Source: an uncultured Pseudomonadota bacterium (GTDB taxonomy: Bacteria; Pseudomonadota; Gammaproteobacteria; Steroidobacterales; Steroidobacteraceae). From it: a DNA stretch of 64,000 bases. The translations under genes and the position numbers were made by a program. Below are positions 49,170 to 57,827 of this stretch, piece by piece (the stretch's first letter is position 1; each line of letters begins with the position of its first letter). The notes below the pieces were generated by a model. The model did not search any database and was not told the DNA's origin. It saw only the letters and a list, made by a program, of their open reading frames with translations. The stretch is taken from NCBI GenBank assembly GCA_963812925.1, contig CAWEXF010000013.1, forward strand, positions 92,565 through 156,564, given 5' to 3'.

Positions 49170-49694
49170 ATGGCGCTTTGGAAAGATTCGAACCCAGGAA
49201 CCGCAACCCCTCCGGCAGGAGCCTCACCGGCCTTCGGCGGCACGCCAGCGCCGGCCGCACCGCCGGAAAAGAGCAACGTCGCCCCGCTCACGCCGGAAAT
49301 GCCCCGCCGTGCGGCCAAGGAGCAGCGCTTGGACATGAAAGAATCCGTCATTGCCTCCGACCTGACCATCGAAGGCAAGATCATCGGCTCCGGGCATGTG
49401 CGCATCGCAGGCCGCTTCAAAGGTGACGTTCAGGTCGACGGTAACGTGACGCTGGACACCGGCGCCCACCTCGAAGGCCAGGTCAAGGCCAGCGTTGTCG
49501 TGGTCGGTGGCGAGCTCGTCGGTAATATCGAGAACGCCAAGCGCGTGGAGCTGCTCGAGACTGGAGTGATCAGCGGCGACGTCAAGGCTGGCTCGCTCAC
49601 CGTGGCCGCCGGCTCGCGCATGCGCGGCCAGGTGGAGTTCGGCTGGGAAGGCGAGTCGCGGGCCAAGGCTGAGACGAAGGGATACGGCAGCTGA
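49170..49694 (+). CDS. Bactofilin-family cytoskeletal protein
   Basis: A Pro/Ala-rich N-terminus is followed by beta-helical bactofilin repeats: SVIASDLTIEGKIIGSGHVRIAGRFKGDVQVDGNVTLDTGAHLEGQVKASVVVVGGELVGNIENAKRVELLETGVISGDVKAGSLTVAAGSRMRGQVEFG. Confidence 0.8.
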   Translation: MALWKDSNPGTATPPAGASPAFGGTPAPAAPPEKSNVAPLTPEMPRRAAKEQRLDMKESVIASDLTIEGKIIGSGHVRIAGRFKGDVQVDGNVTLDTGAHLEGQVKASVVVVGGELVGNIENAKRVELLETGVISGDVKAGSLTVAAGSRMRGQVEFGWEGESRAKAETKGYGS

Positions 49695-50272
49695 TGAACG
49701 TCGCTTCTCGCCCGTCCCCGACGGGCAAGACGCGCACCTGCCCGCACTGCAAGGCGGTCATCCTCGAAAGCCTGAGCATCTGCCCGGGCTGCATGCACCA
49801 CCTGCGCTTCGACTCGGAAGCGGCAAAACGGCAGGTGGCGGCGACCTCGGCCCTCAAGGTCGAAGCCATGATCCGCCATCCGCCGGTCGAGGAGGCGTGG
49901 GAGTACTACGTCACCATCTCGATCCGCAACGACCGCGGCGAGGAGGTCGACCGTCAGGTAGTCAATGTGGGCGCTCTTCAGGGCGCGGAAAAGCGCACCT
50001 TCACGCTATCCGTGGAGGTGCTGCCACCCCACGCCCCGGAAGAGCCGGCCCAGCCGCGAAGCGCCGAGCGCCCCAATGCCGTGTCCGCGCCGGCGCCCTC
50101 GCCACCAGGCAGGGCGATTGGCGGAGCACCGGCGGGCGTCGGCGCGAAGCCGCCGGTCGCCGAGCCTCCCAAGGCGACCAGCCGCCCATCCCCACCGCCG
50201 GGCGGCAGCGGCATTCGCCTGCCGGACGGCACCATCCTCGCGCCCCCGGGTCTCGGCCCCAAGCGCAAGTAG
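49694..50272 (+). CDS. Hypothetical zinc-ribbon protein with Pro-rich tail, translationally coupled to the bactofilin gene
   Basis: CPHCKAVILESLSICPGCMHH (CxxC...CxxC). The C-terminal third is Pro/Ala-rich. ATG 49694 shares one base with the bactofilin TGA stop (TGATG). Confidence 0.5.
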   Translation: MNVASRPSPTGKTRTCPHCKAVILESLSICPGCMHHLRFDSEAAKRQVAATSALKVEAMIRHPPVEEAWEYYVTISIRNDRGEEVDRQVVNVGALQGAEKRTFTLSVEVLPPHAPEEPAQPRSAERPNAVSAPAPSPPGRAIGGAPAGVGAKPPVAEPPKATSRPSPPPGGSGIRLPDGTILAPPGLGPKRK

Positions 50273-50284
50273 TAATTTCCCGAA

Positions 50285-51949
50285 CTAGAACTGCTGCTCG
50301 GTCTGCACCAGGAACTGCACGCGTCTGATGTCGGTCGGGCCGGCGTCGAAGGGAAAAGCCAGATCCACGTGGATGACGTTGCCGAGCCCGGTGCGGGCGT
50401 TGCCGAAGCGCAGGCCGAAACCGGCGTCCTTCAGCATCCCTAGACTCGGCTGGCCCAGAGGGGCGCCGCCCCAGGTGCGACCCATGTCGAAGAACACGGC
50501 GGCACCGACGCGGAAGAGGCGAAACGGATACCAGTTGCTGAAGTAGCGCTCCTCGAAGGACAGGAGCGCCCGCGAAGTGCCATCCTGATAGCGCAGCGGG
50601 TAGCCCCGCAGGCCGTTGTCTCCTCCGAGCAGGATCTGGTCCTCGAGGTCCAGCCGTTTGGCCACCGTGGCGGCAAGCGTCGAGAAGAAAAGCCAGTTTC
50701 CCTCGCGAAACGGCCAATAGCCCGACTGCTCGTTGTAGTAGCGGACCGCGCTGTTCAACACGGCGTTGTCGAGGTCGCCGTCCTCCAGCCTGCCGGTGTA
50801 GACGCTCGACACGAGCACCGTCTGACGCTCCCCGACGGCGTATCCGTTCCCCGCGGCGAGCTGAAAGGGAATCGCATCGCGGCTGGAGCCGAGCGCGGTG
50901 TCCGCCCAACCCAGCTTCACCGTCGCGTAGGCGCCCATGTCAAAGTCTTCGGTGCGGCCGATCTGGTTGTGGTTGCGCAGCTGCGCCCACTGATCCTGAA
51001 CGAGGTCGAAGCGCAGCCACGGGTAGACGTATTTGCGGTCCTGCGGCAGGACGGTGGGGCCGGTCCAGAGGCTCGAGTCGGCAAAGATGTGCTCATCGTA
51101 GGTGAGCCCGGCGCTGTAGCGGCGGGTCCAACCGTTATCGAGCCCGTTCGAGAAGCCGTAGTACATCTGGTAGAAGCGCGTATGGTCGGCGAACTTGTCG
51201 ACCTCCTGCCCGAGGTCGTAGAGCGAATCATCCTCGGTGGTGTCGTTGATGGAGATCCCGCCGGCGTGTTGCGTCTCCAGCGAATAGAACGGCCGGTCGA
51301 GGATGAATACACGCGTCTTGCCGTCGCTCAGGGTGCCGTAGGCGAGGTCTGTCATGAACCAGGTGCCGAACGTGTGGGGGTTCATGACCTGGATGTCCGA
51401 TTCCGAGCGATCGACCGACGTGGTGTGCTGGAGCTTGACGTCGGTGCCGGTGCCGAGGGTGTTGATATCCTCGAGTGTCACCCCTGTCTGATTGGTGCCG
51501 CCGCTGCGTGAGAAGTTGAATCCCGGATTGAGCGTCCAGACATCCCGCGTTATCACCAGAATGTCGACCTTGCCGTCGCGATAGGCGACGGGCACGACCG
51601 AGGCGTCGTAGAAATAGGGATTGGCACGCAGGATGCGCGCGGATTCATCGAGCAGATGGCGCGAAAATGGCTGGCCGGCGTGGAACAGGAGTTGCTCGCT
51701 GACGGTGCGCGTGCGCGTCAGTGGATGAAGACGGTCGGCGAGCCGGCCCAGCCAGTTGTTGTCCTTCGGGTTCGCCAGATCGAAGATGTTCTCGTTGCGG
51801 ATGATGATCCGGCCGATGACGGCGTGCGAGCGCCCGAGCTCCGCATCCGAGGGGATGGCCTGGGCGCCCGAAAGCGCCGCCGCCGCGGCCGGAGGCACCG
51901 TCAGGAGCAGCAGTACGGCCAGGAACGGCGCAAGGGAGTCCGTTCGCAT
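50285..51949 (-). CDS. Omp85/BamA-superfamily outer-membrane protein (POTRA-like region plus beta-barrel)
   Basis: Signal peptide MRTDSLAPFLAVLLLLTVPPAAAA. POTRA-like IGRIIIRNENIFDL...VSEQLLFHAGQPFSRHLLDESARILRANPYFYDASVVPVAYRDGKVDILVITRDVWTL. Alternating beta-strand pattern and C-terminal ...VQTEQQF. The track start at 52015 would overlap the modA start, so ATG 51949 is preferred. Confidence 0.65.
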   Translation of the reverse strand: MRTDSLAPFLAVLLLLTVPPAAAAALSGAQAIPSDAELGRSHAVIGRIIIRNENIFDLANPKDNNWLGRLADRLHPLTRTRTVSEQLLFHAGQPFSRHLLDESARILRANPYFYDASVVPVAYRDGKVDILVITRDVWTLNPGFNFSRSGGTNQTGVTLEDINTLGTGTDVKLQHTTSVDRSESDIQVMNPHTFGTWFMTDLAYGTLSDGKTRVFILDRPFYSLETQHAGGISINDTTEDDSLYDLGQEVDKFADHTRFYQMYYGFSNGLDNGWTRRYSAGLTYDEHIFADSSLWTGPTVLPQDRKYVYPWLRFDLVQDQWAQLRNHNQIGRTEDFDMGAYATVKLGWADTALGSSRDAIPFQLAAGNGYAVGERQTVLVSSVYTGRLEDGDLDNAVLNSAVRYYNEQSGYWPFREGNWLFFSTLAATVAKRLDLEDQILLGGDNGLRGYPLRYQDGTSRALLSFEERYFSNWYPFRLFRVGAAVFFDMGRTWGGAPLGQPSLGMLKDAGFGLRFGNARTGLGNVIHVDLAFPFDAGPTDIRRVQFLVQTEQQF

Positions 51950-52007
51950 GCCCGGGAGGATACTGCAACGGCGAGAATTGCGGAGGGAGCCCCGTCCTGG
52001 TATTCCT

Positions 52008-52823
52008 ATGTCCATTCAGAAATCACGACTGGGTCCCGTTATGCAGCGACGACAGTGGATTGTGGCGGCGATAGCGGCGTTGCTATCGTTGGGGACGGCG
52101 GGTGCGCACGGCGCGGATGCTCCGGGGGGCGTGCTGGTGTTTGCGGCGGCATCGCTGACCAATGTACTCACCGACCTCGATGCGGCCTTCACGGCGCGAA
52201 CCGGTATACGCGTCACGTCTTCGCTCGCGGCATCCTCCACCCTTGCCAAGCAGATCGAGGCAGGAGCGCCAGCGAATGTGTATTTCTCGGCCGACCTTCA
52301 GTGGATGGACTACCTGCAGCAACGCGGTTTGCTGCGGTCGGGTTCCCGTCGCGACGTCGTCGGCAACGCGCTGGTGCTCATTGCGCCCGCTGGCAGTCCG
52401 CTGCGGGTGCGGATCGGCTCCGGTTTCGACCTGGCTAAGCTTCTCGGGGGCGGGCGTCTCGCCGTTGCCGATCCGGATTCGGTGCCGGCCGGCATCTATG
52501 GGCGCGAGGCGCTGCAGAAGCTGGGAGTTTGGAGCAGTGTCGCGTCGCGGCTGGTGCGCGCCGAAAACGTGAGAGCCGCGCTCGAGTATGTCGCACGCGG
52601 AGACGCGCCGCTTGGCATCGTTTACCGCACGGACGCTCTCGCGGAGAAGCAGGTGCGGATCGTCGGGGTGTTTCCGGCCTCCAGCCATGCACCGATCGTG
52701 TACCCCGTCGCGCTGACCCGCCGCGCCAATGGGGCTGCGGCGCGCTACCTGGCGTTCATCAGCGGCGCCGAAGCGCGGCCGATCTTCCGCAAGTGGGGAT
52801 TCGAGCCGATCGCCTCGCGGTAG
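52008..52823 (+). CDS. modA: Molybdate ABC transporter periplasmic substrate-binding protein
   Basis: VFAAASLTNVLTDLDAAFTARTGIRVTSSLAASSTLAKQIEAGAPANVYFSADLQWMDYL...GNALVLIAP is close to the E. coli ModA core as I recall it. The track ORF has a shadow N-terminal extension. Confidence 0.9.
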   Translation: MSIQKSRLGPVMQRRQWIVAAIAALLSLGTAGAHGADAPGGVLVFAAASLTNVLTDLDAAFTARTGIRVTSSLAASSTLAKQIEAGAPANVYFSADLQWMDYLQQRGLLRSGSRRDVVGNALVLIAPAGSPLRVRIGSGFDLAKLLGGGRLAVADPDSVPAGIYGREALQKLGVWSSVASRLVRAENVRAALEYVARGDAPLGIVYRTDALAEKQVRIVGVFPASSHAPIVYPVALTRRANGAAARYLAFISGAEARPIFRKWGFEPIASR

Positions 52824-52839
52824 TCTCCGCAGGACGCCG

Positions 52840-54867
52840 TCAGAACTTGCGCGAGATATACAGCGTATAGCTGTAGATGCTGGTGAGTGAGTCGGGTTTT
52901 GCGGTGCCCAGCGGCTCCGGATCGGTGGGTAGATCCCGCTCCCGCTGCGCGTACAAGACAGTGCGATAGTCGACGCCGACATCCCAGCCGGGAAGCACGT
53001 TGCGCCATTGCAGCCCCGCGCCCGTGTACAACCCATACGCCGGCGTCGCCAACGCATAGCGCGAAGCGCCCACCCACGCGTTGAAGGCCAGCGGCCAGTT
53101 GAATCGATAGCGGTAATCGAGCATGCGGACGCTCACGAGGTTCCGTCCGCTGATGTCATCCGCCTCGACCGCGACACCGAGGTCCTGGTGCGTCGATACA
53201 CGGCGGCGGGCGCCGAGACCGACGTAGGGGCCGGCGGTGTATTGCGTGTAGTAGGGCGGATAGGCGGTCAGATGGAGGTTGATTTGAGTACGGTAATAAT
53301 CCGCGCCGGCGCTGACATAAAGCTCGTCGCCATCCGGGCGCTCGCCCGCGGAAGCGGCCGTTTCGGAATCGTCATCGCCGCGGAGCAATGCTTCGCCGTC
53401 GCGCAGATAGCCTTCGAATCGGAAATAGTTGTCCCCGAAGACGTCCCGGCCGGTATCGACCTCGGCGCCCACGGCGTAACCTTTCCACGGATACGAGTAG
53501 CTCAGCGACTCGAGGTACTCGTTCTTGTAAGAGTAGGTGCCGAAGAGCGTACCGTTCTCGTTGGCGAGCGCGCGCAGCTGCAGCTGCATCAGGCCGCCGA
53601 AGGATGGCTCCCAGCCGAGGCGGAGCATGTTGCTCTGGCCGCCGATCTGGTCGGCGACGGTGTTGGCCGTCGCCAGCACGCGCTGGTCGCCGAACCAATT
53701 GCCGATGCTGTCGCCATAGTTGGTGATGCCGTCGAGGTACCCTGTTTGCGAAGGGGTGCCGGTGTGCACGTACCACGTCGGCGCGAACGACGAGATCTCG
53801 TATGTCAGGCTGAATGGGCCGAGGCGCGGCAAGTCTATCCCGGCGGAGATGTCGGGCTTGCCGATGAGCGGCGAGTGTCCCGCCAGGGTGTCGTTGCCGG
53901 CGTACTCGAAATAAACGGAGAAGGGCACGCGTGCCGGGAAAATGAACCGGCTGGTCAATGAAGCTTCCTGCTTGCCAATGGCCGAAGCGGCGCCATGTTG
54001 GAGGGCCTGCGCCTGGCCCGGCTCGAACAAGGCCTTGAGGATGTCGGTGAACGACTGACCACCGGCGGCGCCGCCGCCCCAGATGACCACGCGCTGCACG
54101 GAAAGCGCCCAGCCGCTCACCGGCTCGATGCCGATGCGGAAGCCGCCGAATTTGGGATAGCCCCGAGTGAACTCGGCAGTCGAGCCCGTGATCGGCAGCT
54201 CGATGCGATCCGATTCCGACATCCGGGAGATGAATGCCTCGTACTGCAGCCCGAGGCCCGTCAGCGGCCGGTAGTTCGACAGCGTGATGGAGGGCATCGT
54301 CGGCGCCTCCGTGCTGATGAGCATCGCGCTGTCGGTCATCGGTGACCACCAGTGGTCACGCCAGCCGATATCGAGCTGTGCCCAGTCGAATCCGAGGCTG
54401 AGCATCGTCCCGGTCGGCGTCGCGCGGCCCTGGTAGGCGACGCCGCCGACGTTCAGCAACATGTAGGAATTGGGCTGCAGGTACGCGGCGCCGGCGACCT
54501 CGTACGGGCTCTGCGCCTTCTCCCCGTGCTGGTTCGGCAGAACGGTATTGGACGAGCCGGACGTCGCGGCGGCCGAGACGCTGGTGAATTCGACTCCGGC
54601 GTTGCCCATGTACCGGTTGAGATAGCCGCGGACTCTCTCGCAGAGAGGGCGATCCACCTTGCATGCCTTGGGAAGCGCGTCGAGGACCAGCGCCGCCGGG
54701 ATCGGGCGGGTCATGACCGGCTCGTCACCCAGAATCAGGACCCGTTCCACCTGGTATTCGACGTCGGGGTCGAGATTGAGAGGCAGGTAGGGTGTAACGC
54801 CCAGGGCGTACGCCGCTCCCTGCGAGGCGAGAACGCTGGTTGCAAGCAGCAGCGCCGTTTTTTTCAT
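52840..54867 (-). CDS. Wzi-like (capsule-assembly family) outer-membrane beta-barrel with a long extra C-terminal region
   Basis: Signal peptide MKKTALLLATSVLASQGAAYA. DIGWRDHWWSPMTDSAMLIS and GGFRIGIEPVSGWALSVQRVVIWGGGAAGGQSFTDI resemble the Wzi WWGPG and QWGG-GRPQSF regions as I recall them. About 675 aa against roughly 480 aa for Klebsiella/E. coli Wzi as I recall it. Ends ...LYISRKF. Confidence 0.5.
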   Translation of the reverse strand: MKKTALLLATSVLASQGAAYALGVTPYLPLNLDPDVEYQVERVLILGDEPVMTRPIPAALVLDALPKACKVDRPLCERVRGYLNRYMGNAGVEFTSVSAAATSGSSNTVLPNQHGEKAQSPYEVAGAAYLQPNSYMLLNVGGVAYQGRATPTGTMLSLGFDWAQLDIGWRDHWWSPMTDSAMLISTEAPTMPSITLSNYRPLTGLGLQYEAFISRMSESDRIELPITGSTAEFTRGYPKFGGFRIGIEPVSGWALSVQRVVIWGGGAAGGQSFTDILKALFEPGQAQALQHGAASAIGKQEASLTSRFIFPARVPFSVYFEYAGNDTLAGHSPLIGKPDISAGIDLPRLGPFSLTYEISSFAPTWYVHTGTPSQTGYLDGITNYGDSIGNWFGDQRVLATANTVADQIGGQSNMLRLGWEPSFGGLMQLQLRALANENGTLFGTYSYKNEYLESLSYSYPWKGYAVGAEVDTGRDVFGDNYFRFEGYLRDGEALLRGDDDSETAASAGERPDGDELYVSAGADYYRTQINLHLTAYPPYYTQYTAGPYVGLGARRRVSTHQDLGVAVEADDISGRNLVSVRMLDYRYRFNWPLAFNAWVGASRYALATPAYGLYTGAGLQWRNVLPGWDVGVDYRTVLYAQRERDLPTDPEPLGTAKPDSLTSIYSYTLYISRKF

Positions 54868-54952
54868 CTTCGGGGAACTCACTCCGTCACAGGCGGGGTG
54901 GCGCGCTGCCCGCTCGTAATCGGCAGGCCTAGCCTCCAAATTGAGGCACGAA

Positions 54953-54985
54953 TTGTACATAAATCCTGCGGCAACTTGTACATAA
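54953..54985. promoter_or_regulatory. Two direct copies of TTGTACATAA (each with a TGTACA palindrome), 23 bp start-to-start, in the divergent region between the Wzi-like and FecR-like genes
   Basis: Copies at 54953-54962 and 54976-54985, read directly. AT-rich 10-mers in GC-rich DNA, about 110 nt upstream of the FecR-like start and about 90 nt upstream of the Wzi-like start. Confidence 0.4.
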
Positions 54986-55094
54986 TGGCTCAGAAGCCGT
55001 TGTGTGAGTTCACTGTGGGTTCAGCGCTTCGCGCTCATAAACGCCGCATGTGGCCGGCGCAACGACAGTGGACTATTCCTTGGGCGGAGCAGGC

Positions 55095-56867
55095 ATGAGC
55101 AAGCGACCTCTCGCGGTATTCGGCAGCATCGGCGCCGGCATGCTGATTGGCCTGGGCGCCCTCGGTGCGGCGCTGGCGCAGGATGAGCCACAGGGCGATC
55201 AGACCCAGATGATCGAGCAGCTCGGGGAGGCCCGCGCCGCTCAGTTGAGCTATGCCGAGGGCAGCGTGTCCCTCGAGCCCGCAGGCACGAACACGTGGAC
55301 CGGGGCGACCATCAACCGTCCGCTGACTCTTGGTGACAGGGTGTGGACCGACCGCGATTCCCGCGCTGAGATCGACATTGGCGACGCCGTCATTCGCCTG
55401 GGCAGCACGACCGGATTCTCCTTTCTCAACCTCGATGAGCAGACCGCGCAAATGGAGGTCACCGCGGGGACCGTCGTGGTTCACATCGACTCGCTCGCGA
55501 GCGGCGAGCAGGACGAGATCGACACTCCCAATGTCGCCCTGACATTGCAGCAGGCGGGAACGTACCGGGTGGACGTGAACGATAGCGGCGACACCACGGT
55601 CGTGAAGATCGCCGAGGGCGCCGCGCTCGCCACCGGCGGCGGCCAGTCCTATCCCGTCGCCGCGCAACAGAGCGTGACGTTCACGGGCACGAGCGCGCTC
55701 GCCGCCGAATACGCAACTCTCGGCGCGCCGGATTCGCTCGACGACTGGTCGCTGCAGCGCGATCAGCAGGAGCAGCAACAGGCCGCCGTCGCGCAGGACT
55801 ACGTTCCGCCGGACACCGTCGGCGGGGATGATCTGGGCTCCTACGGCGGCTGGCAGGATACGCCGGACTGGGGTTATGCGTGGTTCCCCAGTGTTGGCGC
55901 GGACTGGGCGCCTTACAGCCTGGGCTATTGGGTGTGGATCTCGCCGTGGGGATGGACCTGGGTCGACGATGAGCCGTGGGGATACGCACCCTTCCACTAC
56001 GGACGGTGGGGGTACTCGGGGCATCGCTGGTGTTGGATACCGGGGCCTCGCGGGGTTCGCCCGGTCTATGCGCCCGCGCTGGTCGCGTGGGTCGGCGGCC
56101 CTGGTGTTGGTATCTCGGCCGGGGCCCGTGTTGGCTGGCTACCGCTCGGTCCTGGAGACCGGTATGGGGCCGGCGCCACCAATGCTCGTTTTGTCAACAG
56201 CGAGGTGCCGGGTGCCGTGACCGTCGTGCCGCGCAATGTGTTTACTGCCGCGCTGCCCGTGCACCCGCATCGCGTGACGCTGCCGCAGCAGAGCATAACG
56301 AGCCTGAGGCCGACAACCGCGGCGCCGGCCATCGCGCCCGGGCGGCAGAGCGTTCTTGGCATGAATGCGGGCATGAGCGTCAAGACACCACCGAGCGCGA
56401 TTGCCATGCGTCCGGTAGTGGCGCGACTCGCGCCGCCGCGCGCGCCCGTGTCTTTCGCGACCGAGCAGGCGGCCATCCGCGCCAATGGCGGGCGGCCTTT
56501 GTCCGCGACACAGCTGTCGCGAATGCGGCCGTACACACCGGCAGTGCCGGTGCGGCTCACGAGTCCGACTAGGAGCGACCGTCCGCCGGGGGCTGCAGGA
56601 CAGCCTGCGCAGTCCGGAGAGCAGCGCGCTGCCGCGGGGAGGTACGTGCCCTCCCAACGCCAGGTTGCCCCCCAGGAGCGCTTGAACGCGGCGCCGCGTG
56701 AGGTCCCGCAGCAGCACTTCACGGCACCCGCGCGTCAAATTCCGCAGCCGCACTTCAGCCCGCCGCGCGAGCAAGCGCGGCCACCCGCGCCACCCGCTGC
56801 GCCGGCCAGGGCGCCGGACTCGCGCCCCGACGGCCGTCCGCCTCCGGATCGGCGGGCCCCGATGTAG
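55095..56867 (+). CDS. Secreted FecR-domain / DUF6600-like protein with Trp-rich motif and Pro/Arg-rich tail
   Basis: Signal peptide MSKRPLAVFGSIGAGMLIGLGALGAALAQ. FecR-like EGSVSLEPAGTNTWTGATINRPLTLGDRVWTDRDSRAEIDIGDAVIRLG. W-rich block YGGWQDTPDWGYAWFPS...WVWISPWGWTWVDDEPWGYAPFHYGRWGY. The tail has repeats VPQQHFTAP and IPQPHFSPP. Confidence 0.6.
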   Translation: MSKRPLAVFGSIGAGMLIGLGALGAALAQDEPQGDQTQMIEQLGEARAAQLSYAEGSVSLEPAGTNTWTGATINRPLTLGDRVWTDRDSRAEIDIGDAVIRLGSTTGFSFLNLDEQTAQMEVTAGTVVVHIDSLASGEQDEIDTPNVALTLQQAGTYRVDVNDSGDTTVVKIAEGAALATGGGQSYPVAAQQSVTFTGTSALAAEYATLGAPDSLDDWSLQRDQQEQQQAAVAQDYVPPDTVGGDDLGSYGGWQDTPDWGYAWFPSVGADWAPYSLGYWVWISPWGWTWVDDEPWGYAPFHYGRWGYSGHRWCWIPGPRGVRPVYAPALVAWVGGPGVGISAGARVGWLPLGPGDRYGAGATNARFVNSEVPGAVTVVPRNVFTAALPVHPHRVTLPQQSITSLRPTTAAPAIAPGRQSVLGMNAGMSVKTPPSAIAMRPVVARLAPPRAPVSFATEQAAIRANGGRPLSATQLSRMRPYTPAVPVRLTSPTRSDRPPGAAGQPAQSGEQRAAAGRYVPSQRQVAPQERLNAAPREVPQQHFTAPARQIPQPHFSPPREQARPPAPPAAPARAPDSRPDGRPPPDRRAPM

Positions 56868-56927
56868 CGGCGCCGTACCGGCCGATACCGGGCGGCGGCG
56901 CGGCCGCGAGGCTCGCGACACGCCCCA

Positions 56928-56938
56928 ATGTCTGACAT
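56928..56938. promoter_or_regulatory. Palindrome ATGTCTGACAT, candidate GntR/FadR-type operator upstream of the GntR gene (autoregulation)
   Basis: Perfect 5+1+5 palindrome with a GT-N3-AC core, 63 nt upstream of ATG 57001. The same motif occurs twice upstream of the adjacent TonB-receptor gene. Confidence 0.55.
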
Positions 56939-57000
56939 AATCATGGGGGGCGCGGCGCGGGCGATCGGTCGTGCCTCGATCAGAGGCAACCAACAGACAA

Positions 57001-57765
57001 ATGGATATCAAGACTGCGGCCGCCGGATCCGCCGCCCGCGCGCGACGCAAGTCGTTGCGCATTCCCACGACGATCGCGCGCGAAATCGGCATGCAGATAG
57101 TCTCCGGCACTTTCAAGCCCGGGGATGTTCTCGATGGCGAGATCGAGACGAGCGGCCGCCTGCACGTGTCGCGCGCAGCGTATCGCGAGGCGGTCAGAAT
57201 CCTGGCCGCCAAAGGGCTGGTCAGGGCGATGCGCAAGGTGGGAACGCGGGTCACGCCGCGCGAGGAATGGCACCTGCTCGATCCCGACGTCCTGGGTTGG
57301 ATATTCGCGTTTGAGCCCGACGATGAGACTCTCGCGAGCCTGTTCGAGCTGCGTCGGATGGTGGAGCCCGAAGCAGCCGCGTTTGCCGCGACGCGACGCA
57401 GCGACGAAGACTTGCGCGCCATGGCGAGCGCACTGCAGGGCATGGGGCGGCACGGTTTGCAGTCGAAGCCAGGGCGTCTGGCCGATCAGGCCTTCCATGC
57501 GGCTCTGCTGCGCGCCAGCAGAAACGCTTTCGTCGCATCGCTGACCGCAAGCGTGGGGGCTGCGGTCACCTGGACGACATTCTACAAAGGTACCCACTCG
57601 CGCCACTTGCGCGACTCCCTCCCTGATCACCAGCACGTCTACGATGCGATCGCTCGCCGCGACGCGCGCGCCGCTCGAATCGCCATGGCTGAGCTGGTTG
57701 ACCTCGCGCTGCGGGATACCACCGACGCGCGCAAGCGCCTGAGCGCTCCGCTCCGGCGCCGCTGA
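57001..57765 (+). CDS. GntR-family transcriptional regulator, FadR subfamily (FCD effector domain)
   Basis: wHTH region is IAREIGMQIVSGTFKPGDVL..EIETSGRLHVSRAAYREAVRILAAKGLV. FCD domain is LFELRRMVEPEAAAFAA...FHAALLRAS...HQHVYDAI. Start is at ATG 57001 within the track ORF. Confidence 0.85.
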   Translation: MDIKTAAAGSAARARRKSLRIPTTIAREIGMQIVSGTFKPGDVLDGEIETSGRLHVSRAAYREAVRILAAKGLVRAMRKVGTRVTPREEWHLLDPDVLGWIFAFEPDDETLASLFELRRMVEPEAAAFAATRRSDEDLRAMASALQGMGRHGLQSKPGRLADQAFHAALLRASRNAFVASLTASVGAAVTWTTFYKGTHSRHLRDSLPDHQHVYDAIARRDARAARIAMAELVDLALRDTTDARKRLSAPLRRR

Positions 57766-57827
57766 CGTTTCGAGCCCCATCCGGCACGCCTGCCCGGTCG
57801 CGCGACAGCGCTGACATTGCGGCTCCT

